Of a DNA stretch of 64,000 nt, positions 19,690 through 31,779 are shown piece after piece. Below the pieces are notes generated by a model that was given only the letters and a program-made list of their open reading frames with translations, ran no database searches and had not been told where the DNA came from. Numbering within the stretch: position 1 is the first letter of the stretch; each line of letters starts with the position of its first letter. The position numbers were made by a program, and so were the translations under genes. Source of the DNA: Salpingoeca rosetta. Lineage: Eukaryota; Protista; Choanoflagellata. Location of the stretch: the NCBI GenBank assembly GCA_033442325.1, contig JAWQFM010000003.1, forward strand, positions 1,626,175 through 1,690,174, written 5' to 3'.

Positions 19690-22600
19690 AGCAAACAAGC
19701 AAGGGAGCACATGAGTACAGCCACAATTTCGTCACACACACACACACACATACACGGGCGCGCACCTCCTTCTTGAGCTGCTCGGTGTTATCTGAGAGGT
19801 CCTTGTAGGCTGCCTCGCTTGCGGCGCTGATGGCCTTGTACTGGGCAACGGATTCGTTGGCGGCCTTTAGCTCGGCTTGCGCCTGCTTCAGCTGGTCCAT
19901 CGTCGCCTTGAGCTGTTCGGAGAGCGTCTTGTCGCTGCTGTCGTCCTGCGCTTCCTTTGCTTGCCCGGCTGCACCCGTCGCAGGTTATCTTTGGTGTGAC
20001 TTGGAGGTGCTTCGCAAAGTATGCACAGCACAACACGTTTGCAAGCACCCAGTTGCCTACTTGCTACCCTTCACCTCTCACACGCACAGTCACACTGACG
20101 CACTGTGTCTGTGTCTGTGTCTGTGTGTGTGTGTCTGTGTCTGTATGTGTGTGTGTGTCTTTGTCTTTGTCTGTGTCCCACCCTTGGCCTCCCTCCCTCG
20201 CATTGGTTGTACTTACCCAGCATGAGGTCGAGCCTGCTCTCGGCGTTTTCGAGCTGCTTCTGCTTCGATTGCAGCTCCTTCTCCATCGCCTCCAGCTGGC
20301 CCTTGACTGAGATCTGCATATAATGCGTGGGGGAAAGGAAGAGTGCGGGTCTTGGTTACACAGCAAGCACGCGCGCAGTTGCACTCAAGCACTACACGCC
20401 AAACTTAAACGCACGCACACACACACGCACACGCACGCACACACACGGATCCATACCAGCTCCTCGCGTGTGGCTTGGTGGGCGGTCTTCTCGTTGGAGA
20501 TGGCCTGGCGCGCCTGCTCAAGCTCAGCGTTGACGCGGGCAATGCTGGCGCTGTGCTGCTGTCGCACTTCCTCCAGCTGCTTCTTCGCAAGCGTGTTCTC
20601 CTGCTCAAGCTGCTCGTTCTTCGACGAAAAGCTATCGGAACAAAACGGAGAAAAAACCACATCGATTTCAGGTGAGATACTGAAGGTGAAACCATTGGCT
20701 TGCACACCCGCACCACGCAATGCTATTGTTGCACACAACACAGCAGCTCGTCCCGCCAAAGCAAAACGGACACGCGAAACATGCAAAGTGTCTGCGCATG
20801 CACCTGACCCAGCACTCAGAGAGTACATGTCATACACCACGCGAGCAGCACCTTCGCTTCAAGTCTTCCTCCGAGCGCTTCATTTCCTGCTGCAGCATCT
20901 GCAGGCTCTTGAGGAGCGTGTTTTGGCTCTTCCGCTCGGCCAGCAGGTAGTCGTTCTCCTGGCGCAGACGCGCCTCGCTGCCCTCAAGCATTGACACCCG
21001 CTCCTTCATCGAGTCGTGTTGGATCTGCACAGCGCAGTACACAAGCAGGGAGATGGGGGTTGTTGCAGCGTGAGCGCAGGCATGGAGGATAGCGCAACGA
21101 GACAAGGCCAAGCACGCGAGCAAACAAAGACAAATGGATGCACCTGGAGGCGGCGCAGGTTGTCCTCTGCCTCTGCGGCGCGCGTTTGGGCCGCCTGCAG
21201 CTTCGTCTGCGCCTCAACAAGCAGATTGGCCGACTGCGTCGACTTGTCCAGCAGCCGCTTGTTCTCCGCCCGCAGCGCATTGACAGAGGACTCAAGGTCC
21301 TTGTACCGGTCGCCGAGGTAGTCGTTGTGGGCGCTGAGCTTTGCGTTCTCCATGCGGGCGTCGGAGGCCTGCTGCCGCGCCTTCTCCAGCTCCTCGTTGA
21401 GCATGCGGTCCGTCTCCTGCCGTTCCTTCCTGTACGCCTCAAAGTCAGCCTGCAACTCCCGCAGCAGCCGGCTGTTGTCTGCGCCGCGCGATGGCGGCGT
21501 GTGCAGCATGCTCGAGCCAGCACCGCCTGTGCCCGCGGGTGTCGTCGGCACAGACGCGTGCGATGGTGTGCGCTGCTGTTGCTGTTGCCGCTGCTGCTGT
21601 TGCTGTCGCTGCTGTTGAGAGGGCGACATGATGAGGCGGGTGGTGGTTTCCGGGTCCTTGCCCACAGCAAGGCACGCCTCCGAGTACAGCGCCTTGAACA
21701 TGTCGCGCTGCTTGGTGAGGGCGTCGACCGTGTGCTGGTGGCGCTCGCGGGCCTGGCGCAGCTCCTGCAGGTTTTCCAGCGCATCCTGCAGCTGCTTCTC
21801 CAGCTCCTCGTTTGCTGCTGCCCGCGCCCGCTCGGCCTCCTGCGTGTTCTGGTCGCTCAGCTCGCGCACCTTGAGCATGAGCTTGACGTTCTGCTCCTGC
21901 AGGGTGCGGATGCTGTCCACGGCGACCAGGTCTGCGTTGAGCGAGTCCATGCTCTGCTGCGCCGCGTCCTCTGCGGCGAGCGGCTCTGTGGTCACCGTCC
22001 CGCCGCTCAGCTCCGTGATGCGCGCAAGCAGCTGCTGGATCTGCGCAGACAGGTCTGCCACGGTGCCCTCCATGCGCTGGTTCACGCTCTGCAGCCGCGT
22101 TGCGCGGGACTGCTCCTTGCGCCATGCGGTCTCCAGCTGCTCGTACTCCCGGTGGCTCTCCTCCAGGCTCGCTGTCAGCTGCCGCTTGGCCAGCTCGCAC
22201 TGCTCCAGCTCCGCCTTTTGCCGTTGGAACAGCGGCGCCTTGGCCTCCACGTCCTGCAGAATCTGCTGCAGGAACTCCTCCAGGCGCGTCACCTCCTGCC
22301 GCTCAACCATGAGCGCCTTGCGCGTGTTGACGAGCTCGGTCCACATCTCCGTGAGTGACATGCCCTCCTTGAGCGCGGTGCTGGCCACGGCGGCGGATGG
22401 CGACAGCATGCTGGCCGGGTCCTCCTCCACCACCTTGCTCTTGCGCAGCAGGTCGTTTGCGTTCGCAAGCTCGGCCTTGATGTTGCTGTTCTGCTCCTCG
22501 AGGGAGCGCACGGCCTTGCGCAGCTCCTCAATCTCGTGCACGCGCTCCTGCCGCACCGTCTCCGTCTCGGCCTGGGCGTCGCGCAGCAGCGTGCGCAGTG

Positions 22601-24011
22601 ACGCAAGCGATGCGCTCAGCTCGTCAACCTTTGCCTGGGCGTCTGCGGCAACCTCCTTGTGCAAACCAACCAGCTTGTTGAGGTTTGTAATCTCGCGCTG
22701 CGAGTGCTGCTCGAGGTCTGCCATCTCGTTGCGCAGATCCAGCAGCTCCTGGCTCGCGGTTGCCGCCTGCTTCTCGAGATGGCCCACGCGCGTCTCCTGA
22801 CTCTTCTTTGCCTCGCGCAGGGCGTTCACCTCCGCCCGGGCAGCGTCAAGCTCCTGCTGCAACGACAGCGAGGTCGACGAGTGCTCGCGTGATTGCTGGA
22901 GCAGCTTTGTGGACAGTTCCTCCACTTGCTCCGTCAAGCTCTTGTTCTGCTGGTGGAGCAGCTCCACCTCCTGCGTCAGCCGACCCTCGCGCAACTTGGT
23001 AACGGAAAAAGAGGGCAGACAGGGAGGGGAAGGAGAAGACAGGGAAGATGGCAAGATGGTGTGTGGTGTGTGATGGGCGTGTGTTTGCGTGTGGCACGTG
23101 AGTGAGAGCGAAACTGCGAGATTGTGCGCGCGCGTGCGTGTGAGTGTTTGCACGAGTTAAGTGTGAAAACGCAGGTGCAGGGAAGCACAACAAGCCAGAG
23201 CACACAGCGGGTACCTGCTGTGCCTTTTCCTGTCCTTGCACATCCTCCACGCTGCTTTGTGCCTTCTCCTGTGGGTTGTGTTTGTGAATGAGAGTTGTTG
23301 ATTTTGTGTGAGTACATGTGCAGTAGGCGAGGTTTGTGAGAATAAAGCATTCTTGGCAGGCGGATCATGAATGGTTCTGGCACTGTGGCAGCTCAACGAA
23401 GACACGTGCAGGCAGTCCTCCCGTACCAGTTCGCGCTGCAGCTCAATGTTCTTGTCAAAGAGGCGCTTGTTGTCCTCTGCAGGAATGACATATGCAAAAC
23501 ACCGTGCAACGGAGAAGGAGGTGAGGCGGAGCAAGCGAAACGTCAGCATAATCTGTGCAAGCCGTGAGGCAATAAGTTGGCTTTTCCTCGAGCACACAGT
23601 GTGGCGGCGAGCCCAGCTGCCCGTGTTACGTGCACACACACGCACACACATACAGAGGGTCACATCCAGTTGCATGTTCGCACACACAGTGGCGGCGAGC
23701 GCCTCGCCCTCAAACACACACACACACACACGCACACACTCACACACACACAAGCGCTCTTTTATCCCTGTGCTGTGACTGACCAGCCAGCTCATCGATT
23801 TCGCGCTGCTTGCGCTGCTTCTGCTCTACAAGCTTGGAGCAGTCCTCTTGCAGCTCGTCAATTTTGTTCTAGCAGAGCACCAGATGACAAGGTGGCGCGC
23901 GTGAGTTGAAGCAACCTCAACCGCCAGTGCTGTGCCGCGGTTTCTCCCAAGGTGCAGCCCAACCAAAACCATACGCACCACACCACAACTATGACATACA
24001 TGGGCACGCGA

Positions 24012-24055
<44 letters not shown>

Positions 24056-24061
24056 CACACA

Positions 24062-24100
<39 letters not shown>

Positions 24101-24873
24101 GCACGCACGCAAGCCAGGAATGGAGGATGCGCACTGACCGAGAAGTTGTTGGCGTCCGACCGGGCCTTGTCAAGCACCTGTTCCAGCTCAGCCACACGGT
24201 CCTGGCATTCTTTCGCGGCCTTTTCTGCTCATCAACAAATAGTCGCAGCAGCGGTGGCAGCAGTAGCAATAATGGTACCAGGCGCAGGTTGCGTGTGAGT
24301 GCACGTGTGGTTGAGGGACAGCATCATCACAGCAAGAGGTGCTGGTGAGCTTCACGACGCAGAGAACGCAGCCATGAGCGGAGCTGTCGAAGACGGGCAG
24401 GGGGCGCTCAGTGGTCCAAGAAGAGAAAGCCGTGGTCGTTACGCACACACACACACACACTCACTCACACACACGCACGCACCGTGTTTTGCGGCGACTT
24501 CCTTCAATGTGGCTTCGACTGCCGTGTGCGACTGAAGCTTTGCTTCTTGTTGTGCTGCACGCTCTTCCAGCTCAACGAACTTTTGCTCTAAAAGGGTTAA
24601 CGCACATATTACACGCACAGGCGAGCGTGGGGCGCGCCAAGGTGGGGTGTGGCAAGGAGAGGCGGGACGACAGGGTGAGGCGTAACAGGCACTCAAACAT
24701 GACAACGCCATATCAAGCGCGTATGGCCAAGGACGTTGATGTGGTGTGTGCATGTTGTGTGTACGTGGTGTTGTGATGTACATCAAACAGAGAAGAAAGC
24801 AAGAGGGAGAATGCGAACAGACAAGGAAACGTTGTGCGTGTGTGTGTGTGTGCGTGCGTGTGTGCGTGCGTGC

Positions 24874-24939
<66 letters not shown>

Positions 24940-25146
24940 AAGGTTGCTCGCATGTTGGGTCGTACCGCTGATGAGCATGGCGTTCTCCTTCTCGGCAAGC
25001 GCCTCCTTGAGGCTGTTGATTTCCTGCTCCTGACCGTCGAGCTTCGAGGAGATGCGCTCGAATGCCAAGCGCGCAACCTCTTGGTCCATCAGTTGCTGCC
25101 AGTCCTCATCGCTGCATTGCGCAGCGGCCTGCACGTTGTCCAGCAT
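11805..25146 (-). CDS. TPR: Nuclear basket nucleoporin TPR/Mlp1/Megator, many exons
   Basis: Long heptad coiled-coil exons. Contains the TPR-like block LSPSAAVASTALKEGMSLTEMWTELVNTRKALMVERQEVTRLEEFLQQILQDVEAKAPLFQRQKAE, plus LQEQNVKLMLKVREL, VAQYKAISAASEAA and HRELMEKV|EKLNLLEDSNKLLRE. Followed by an acidic low-complexity tail and an RG-rich end (RGRGRGGRAGRRG...*). Exact start and internal small exons are uncertain. Confidence 0.88.
12323..12994 (+). repeat. Tetranucleotide microsatellites (CAAA)n (~12323-12522) and (GCAA)n (~12893-12994) in TPR introns
   Basis: Directly visible. They explain the CLFV and LLAC pseudo-peptides in the ORF track. Confidence 0.95.
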
Positions 25147-25554
25147 CCTTCTTGTGCGTTTGCTTCTTCCCGTGCAATGCGCGGGAGGAGCTGTTCGTGT
25201 GCGTGTGCGCGTGTGCGCGTGTGCCTCTCTCTGTGTACTTGTCTGGATATGCGGTTGTGTATGAATGCTTCTGAGCTGCTTCCGAGCCGCAGCTGCTTAG
25301 CTGTCACTGCTCGGTGTCGCGGAGAACAGCGTCAGCGAGCGAGCGGGCAAGCGACAGACCAAGTCGTGATGATGCGAGGTCAAACCAAAAAGCACTGGCC
25401 ACCAATCGTTCACACCACCAGCACTTTTGGTTGAGGAAAAAACGGTGTGCGCAGTGTGCGGGGGATGAAGAATTCTGACGGTATTTTCCGTGATATTTCT
25501 TCATCCTCTGCCATTCCAACAAGAAGGCAATCAGAACATCATCACACAGCCACG

Positions 25555-26351
25555 ATGGACGTGCAGGTGGCGGCATCAAACACTCGACAGCTTCAGGCTT
25601 GGTGCGCACGTGTTCTGTCGAGTGTTGATCACAAGCAGTCTGTGTGTCGTTGTGCGTGTGCGTGTGGGTGTGCGTGTGCGTGTGCGTGTGGGTGTGCGTG
25701 TGCGTGAGAAAGTGTGCGTGTGCGTGTGCGTGTGCGTGTGCGTGTGCGTGTGCATGTGCATGTGCGTATGCGTGAGAAAGTGTCTGTGAAGATCCGATGT
25801 TGTGTGCGTTTGAGCTGCTTCCTTGTGGTGTCACACTTGTGTGTTGTTTTGTCCTCACGGTTTCACTTGTGTTTATTCGGTGACGCCTGCTGTGCTTTCA
25901 GTCGCACATTGTCGGCAATCTTGTTTGGGGTCACAGCAGGTATTCTGGCATTAACAGCATGGCAAGGGTTTGCCTTTTATCTCGTCTCGTCCGCATTTCT
26001 TTCCGTGAGTATTTGGGTGTGCATGTGTGGGCATGTGATTGTGTGTGGAGTTGTGTGGATGTGTTCTTGTGTGTTTTGTTTGTACGGTGTTGCCATCGCA
26101 TGTGTGAGTGCATTCCTGTACTTTTGCTCCATGCGCCATGCGCACATGCGCTGGGCTGGTTTTGTTCGCGACTCACGTGGAACGCACCAACTGGCCCGTG
26201 TCGACAGGTGTACTTGAATGTGCTGTTTGGGTCCAAGGCGGGGGATTGGTTTGAGTCTCCGAAAGCGCTGTGGTTTAGCGGAGTGCCAGGGAACGCATTT
26301 ACCTTTGTGCTCTTCTGGACACTCGCCTATGGCCTCGTCCACGTGTATTGA
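25555..26351 (+). CDS. EMC6: ER membrane protein complex subunit 6, 3 exons
   Basis: Exons ~25555-25601, 25902-26004 and 26208-26351 give NTRQLQACRTLSAILFGVTAGILALTAWQGFAFYL...FTFVLFWTLAYGLVHVY*, the hallmark EMC6 C-terminus. Confidence 0.93.
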
Positions 26352-26372
26352 GAGGAAAGAAGAAGAAGAAGA

Positions 26373-26401
26373 ACAACAACAACAACAACAACAACACCAC
26401 C

Positions 26402-26487
<86 letters not shown>

Positions 26488-26488
26488 C
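26373..26488 (+). repeat. (CAA)n/(CAC)n trinucleotide tract just 3' of the EMC6 stop codon
   Basis: Directly visible; follows a short (GAA)n run. Confidence 0.95.
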
Positions 26489-27029
26489 CTGCGCCGATTG
26501 CCCCATCTTCCTCGTCTTGTTTGTTACGTGCACAAGACGCAAGTTTGTCCTCTTCGAGTATCGCCACTCTTCCTCCTTTGTCCTGCGCCGTGCCGGATTC
26601 ACACACACACACACACACTGTGTCTGGTGTGGTGTTTGGTTTGTACAGATGATAAAGTGACCGCGCTTATTGTTTGCACACTTCCACTGCTTCTCTGACT
26701 GTTTAGTTCGTACATGAGCGAGTTGTGATAATGGTTCACATCAGCTCTCTATAAACACGACCACTGGCTAAGCCAGAGGAAGAGGAATAGGAAGCACCAG
26801 AGGGGGGGGGACGCAAACAAGCAAGTGCAGAAGAGACAGTTTACGTTATGAACAAGTGTATGCAACCTAAAGCCGTCAACACACGTCAAGAGCCTGAAGA
26901 TATGGTGTCTGTGTGAGTCAAGTGTCCAATACCGAATAGGAAGGGAAGGCGAGCTGTGGGTGCTGGGCTGGCGAAAGGGGGGAGGGAAGGGAAATGGTGA
27001 ATGTGTACACCAAACACGCGTGAATAGCC

Positions 27030-27164
27030 TCACGCGCTGCTTTCCACGACGTTGAAGAAGTGGAACACTTCGTCCTTGTCAAGCATGGCCACCTGAAGCA
27101 CGACGCATTGTCAGGTGAGAAGCAGCAGATATGTGTGTATATGTATGTGTGGGTATGTGTGTAT

Positions 27165-27243
<79 letters not shown>

Positions 27244-28568
27244 TGTGTGTATGTGTATGTGTGTGTGAGGCATGATAGTGTGGGGGATTGGTCTGTGCGG
27301 TGGTGCATCTCCATCGCTCCCCCCCCCCCCAAACAACCGCACGCAGTCAGTCACATGTACAAGTACCACGGTGTTGCAGGTAGCGCAGTGTGTTGGATGG
27401 AAGAGGTCCTCGGTTGTCGGCTCCTTGCCCCGCGCGCTGTGCTGCTTGCGCTTCTTCTTGGCCTCCATTTTTTCCCGAAACACAACCTCCTGCACGCAGC
27501 AAACATGTTGGTGTGAGGAGGTGAAGCAGGGAGTGGAGAAAGGGAGGCGAGACAAGAGTGAAGGAGGAAGTGGAGAAAGGGAGGCAAGAAGGGAGAAGAT
27601 AAGAGAGGCGAGAAGGGACAAGGGGAGAAACAGACAAGGGACAAGGGGTGGCAAGGAGCAGCTCGTAAAGCCAACATGCACACACTTGCACACACACACA
27701 CTTGCGCACACACACACACACACACACAAGTGCACACACACACACACACACACTTGCGCGCACAAGCACATACAAGCAGACCAACCTGAGAATAGTCAAC
27801 ACGGCAGTTCATGACAAACATGGCCCGAAACTGGGTCGGGTAGAGCTCGTGGCGTTGGCAGTCAAGACACAAGGGAGTCAGGCACGCGGGGCAGTTGAGA
27901 ACAGCATCGCTCTCAGGGGCAGCAGTCAGGCCACCTTGTACATTCTTCGCATGCGCAACCTGGCCCTGCGTGGTCCTGGCGCGCATCTCCTTCACCCACA
28001 ACTCGTTCTCATCGTCGATGTTGGGATCATAGAACAGCTCGTCATCCGTTGGCTGTGCTGCACGCAGCGCCGCCTCATCGTACCCGCGCTCGTCCTCGTC
28101 ATCGCTGTCTGACAAGGCTGCACCCTGCCGTGCCTGTGCCCTCCCTGCCACGCCTGAAGGCTGGCGGCCATCCCGCGCTGTTGCTGCTTCTCCTGCACCC
28201 TGCCCTCTCGCTCCTTGTTGCTGCCTTTGTTGCCTTTGCTGCTGTTGCTGCCGCTGTCGTTGCTGTTGCTGTTGCGCGGACGACCGCAGCTGCTGATACT
28301 CCATGTCACCCAAAGGCGCAGACAGCACGCCATCCTTGCCTCCAAATGCGGCACGCCGACCGCCGCCTCCTTCCCTCGCTACACTGCCATCAGTCTGCGT
28401 CGCGCGGCTTCCTATGCTGCGATCCTCGCCACCCCCGCGACCATCATCACCATCACCATCATGGTCGTCGTCGTCCGCGTCCCAGTCCAAGCCTGCCTCC
28501 TGCACATAGTCGCCCAGCCCAAGCTCCGCGCCACCATACACGTCCTCGTTGTCGCTGTCAAAATCCAT
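27030..28568 (-). CDS. EAPP: E2F-associated phosphoprotein (EAPP) homolog, 3 exons
   Basis: DDELFYDPNIDDENELWV, SDAVLNCPACLTPLCLDCQRHELYPTQFRAMFVMNC, FHPTHCATCNTV|VAMLDKDEVFHFFNVVES: the Eapp_C domain pattern. Confidence 0.92.
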
Positions 28569-29029
28569 CTTTCCGCCTGTCGCCTGTCGTCGAAAATGAT
28601 GATGAAGCAAGAAGCAAGCAACAAGCAAGCAAGGAAGCAAGCAACAAGAAGGCAGAAGCAACGAAGCAAAACACTGCTGCCTGCACGCAATCAAAACACG
28701 CAGTTGTTGAGTTGTTGAGGCTGCACAGCGCGCCCACCCCACGCAAGAAAACACGGCTTCGGGCATCGCAACGGAGAAGGCGCTTGGGTTGACTGCGCCT
28801 GTACGCCTGTGGGAGATGCGTGTGGCCGCCATTCTTCTTTCATGATGACATTCCGTTGCTGCTGAAGTAAGAAGACCCACAACCAGGCACCACAAACCAC
28901 ACTGCTCGCAGTTCTGTTGTTGGCCGGCCAGCCAGGTTGCTTCATTTCTTCCCTCGACATCCCTCTTCCGAGTGCCATCGATTCGACCCTTCTACCCCCG
29001 AGTGACCCTCCGCGCCTCTTCCTCTCAAC

Positions 29030-29143
29030 ATGAGTGTGCGAAAACCAGATGCGTGCTCCATGGCCAAGCCGCGACCAGAGCTGGAACACCTCGATCTCGC
29101 GCACGTTGCCGTGCTCATCGATGACTGCAGCTTCACCGTACGT

Positions 29144-29223
<80 letters not shown>

Positions 29224-31710
29224 TGTGTGTGTGTGGTGTGTGAGTGAATGCTGTTGAACGGGAAGTGATGTCTGCAGTGCGCAAGCATGCTTGCCCCTCC
29301 CCTTGCAGCACCTGATCACACTGTTACTCACCACCACCTCCATCAACTAAATCCACACTGCACCAGGTTGCGTATGGTCGCGTGCTCATCTTCAATCGGG
29401 GCTCACGCGAATGGGTGCCCGTGTTCTTCTCCATCTCGGTCAGTTCCGTCACATCACCACCACCTCCATCACAATGCAACTGTGCTCCACGCATGCGTGG
29501 CCTCGTTGCGAGTTTGCCTGCGTGCACGCATGCAAACGCCACGTCAAAACCAGCTGTGCGAGCTGACCGAAGCCTCCCTCCCTGTGCTCTGTAGGTGGAT
29601 GGCAGTGGATGTTACTTCAACGTCTTTCAGCAAGCGCCAAGTGGAAGCCCACACGTCTGGCTCAACACAGAACCTTCCGTACGTGCTTGCGCCACCCCCA
29701 AGGGTGCATGAGGATTCCCACGTGGCCCCTCCCCCCCTAGTGCTTTGTTTCGCTTCTCAGCGTGTCTGCCCCACCCCCTCACATCTTGTTCTTGTCCCCC
29801 CGGCCCACATCCACTCTGCGCGCTGCCTTGCACTCCACTTGCGCTCCTCACCACCCACAAACCTTCTTCCATCTCTTCGGGTTTGGTTTGCCTCCTGCTC
29901 CGCGACTTCATCAGAGGAGGTTCAAATTTGTTGATGTCATCGGGGGCACCAGTCCAGACTGCCCGGCCATGCCCGCAACGGCGTGCCGCTGCTCTTCTTG
30001 CTGCGTCCCAAAGTTTCCGGCATCTTGGATGGTTGGCAAGACCGAACAATCCGACTTGGTATGCGCGCCAACGAGGCCCTGGCATTGCCCACCTGCACAA
30101 GCATGCTTGCCTGTCTGTCCTCGGTTTGCTCTTCCTTGCTCGTAGGGCCAATTCAGACAGTTGAATCACCGTTGTGGAAGTAGCGACCACTATGTGCCGC
30201 GGACCCACATGCATGCAAGCCGTGCAAACGCAATGCAGCCAAGCCAACACATGCCGTGTTCTGGCTGCTGCTCACGCTGTTCACCTGCCTTCTCAACACC
30301 GACAGGACATGCGCCGCTGCTGCCTCATCGAGGACGGGTCCGATGGCGTGCGCCACATTGTGTGTCGGACACAGGAGGAAGCCCTCATGATCACACTGGT
30401 CGGGGAGAAGGTGCACACGCTTCGGCACCCCGACGTCCATCAGGGCAGCCAGCTCGTGGTGCGTAGCATGTGCACGCGTGCAGACATGGCATTCATGCGA
30501 ATACTTGTCAACATGCCCCACCCATGAATCTTGGTCCTCCTCCTGTACATGCTGCTGTGACTGCGCCTCCAATGTGCATCATCACATCACATCACGGGCT
30601 TCCGCGCCCCTCATTTCGTTTGCGCGTGGCCGTCTCTTGACTCACAAGCCCATACCACACACACACACACACATACGCACACACAACACGCACACACACA
30701 CACATACGCACGCACACACATTCACACATTCACACAACACACACACACACGCACACACACAACACATATACACTCACTCATTCTGATGCACTGACTGCGA
30801 CAGTCGAGCATGCTGGACGTTGTGCACCATTTGACAGACAAGGTGATTCCCGCCAAGACTGGTTTCTCGTACCACGCACTGGACGACACGGAGCTCAACT
30901 TCGTGGAGCCCACAGGCATGATGTACAACGATCACCGCGTGTACGCTGTGCGCGGCCGGTGGGCGACGTACTTCTACTTTGACAACGCCAGCCAGTGGGT
31001 CATGGGCACTGGCAGCGAGCTCTCTGCGTGCTGCAGTGCTCTGTGCCAAGGTACGCTTTGCGGCGCCATGTGCAACCCGTTTTGCCAGCCGTGCACGCGT
31101 CCTTGCTGCAAGTCAACCTGCCAGTCGTGCTGCGCGCCGGTGTTTGAGCCCCACAAAATGTTCAGGCCCGACATGATCATCGACCAGGACTGCGACCACC
31201 CAACAGCCTTCAGCACCGTGGCCTGGGATCCAAACGTCATTCAGGAGGAGGACCCGCCCAACTTGCACGCGCTCGTGACGGAACAGCCATGCACCATCTC
31301 CATCACCGCCACGACACGCAGCTTCCAAGCACACCCTGAAGAGCACATTCCAAACCAGCTTCATCTCGTGCCCACAACCCTCCTCACCGACCCGGAGTCC
31401 ACCTGCTGTGGTGGCAACTGCAACGACTGCAGCAAATGCATGAGGAGTGTGGGTGCTGGCCTTGCCACTTGCCTGGGCGGTTTGCTGTTTGCGCCCTGCA
31501 TCATTGCCGGCGGCTTGCTCAAGGCGTGCTGCACCTCATCGCCCTCCAAAGCTGCGCCACCACCTCCGCTTCGCCCCAAGCCCGCACCCGCGATTGGCCC
31601 AGGCTACTACGACTTTGTACTCCACGGTGCGTGCGTGCGTGTGTGTGCGTGTGTGTGCGTGTGTGTGCGTGTGCGTGCGTGTGCGTGTGTGTGTGCGTGT
31701 GTGTGTGTGT

Positions 31711-31779
<69 letters not shown>

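Noticed and set aside
21138-22800. Two ~400-aa plus-strand ORFs
   Set aside because: Antisense shadows of the large TPR coiled-coil exon.
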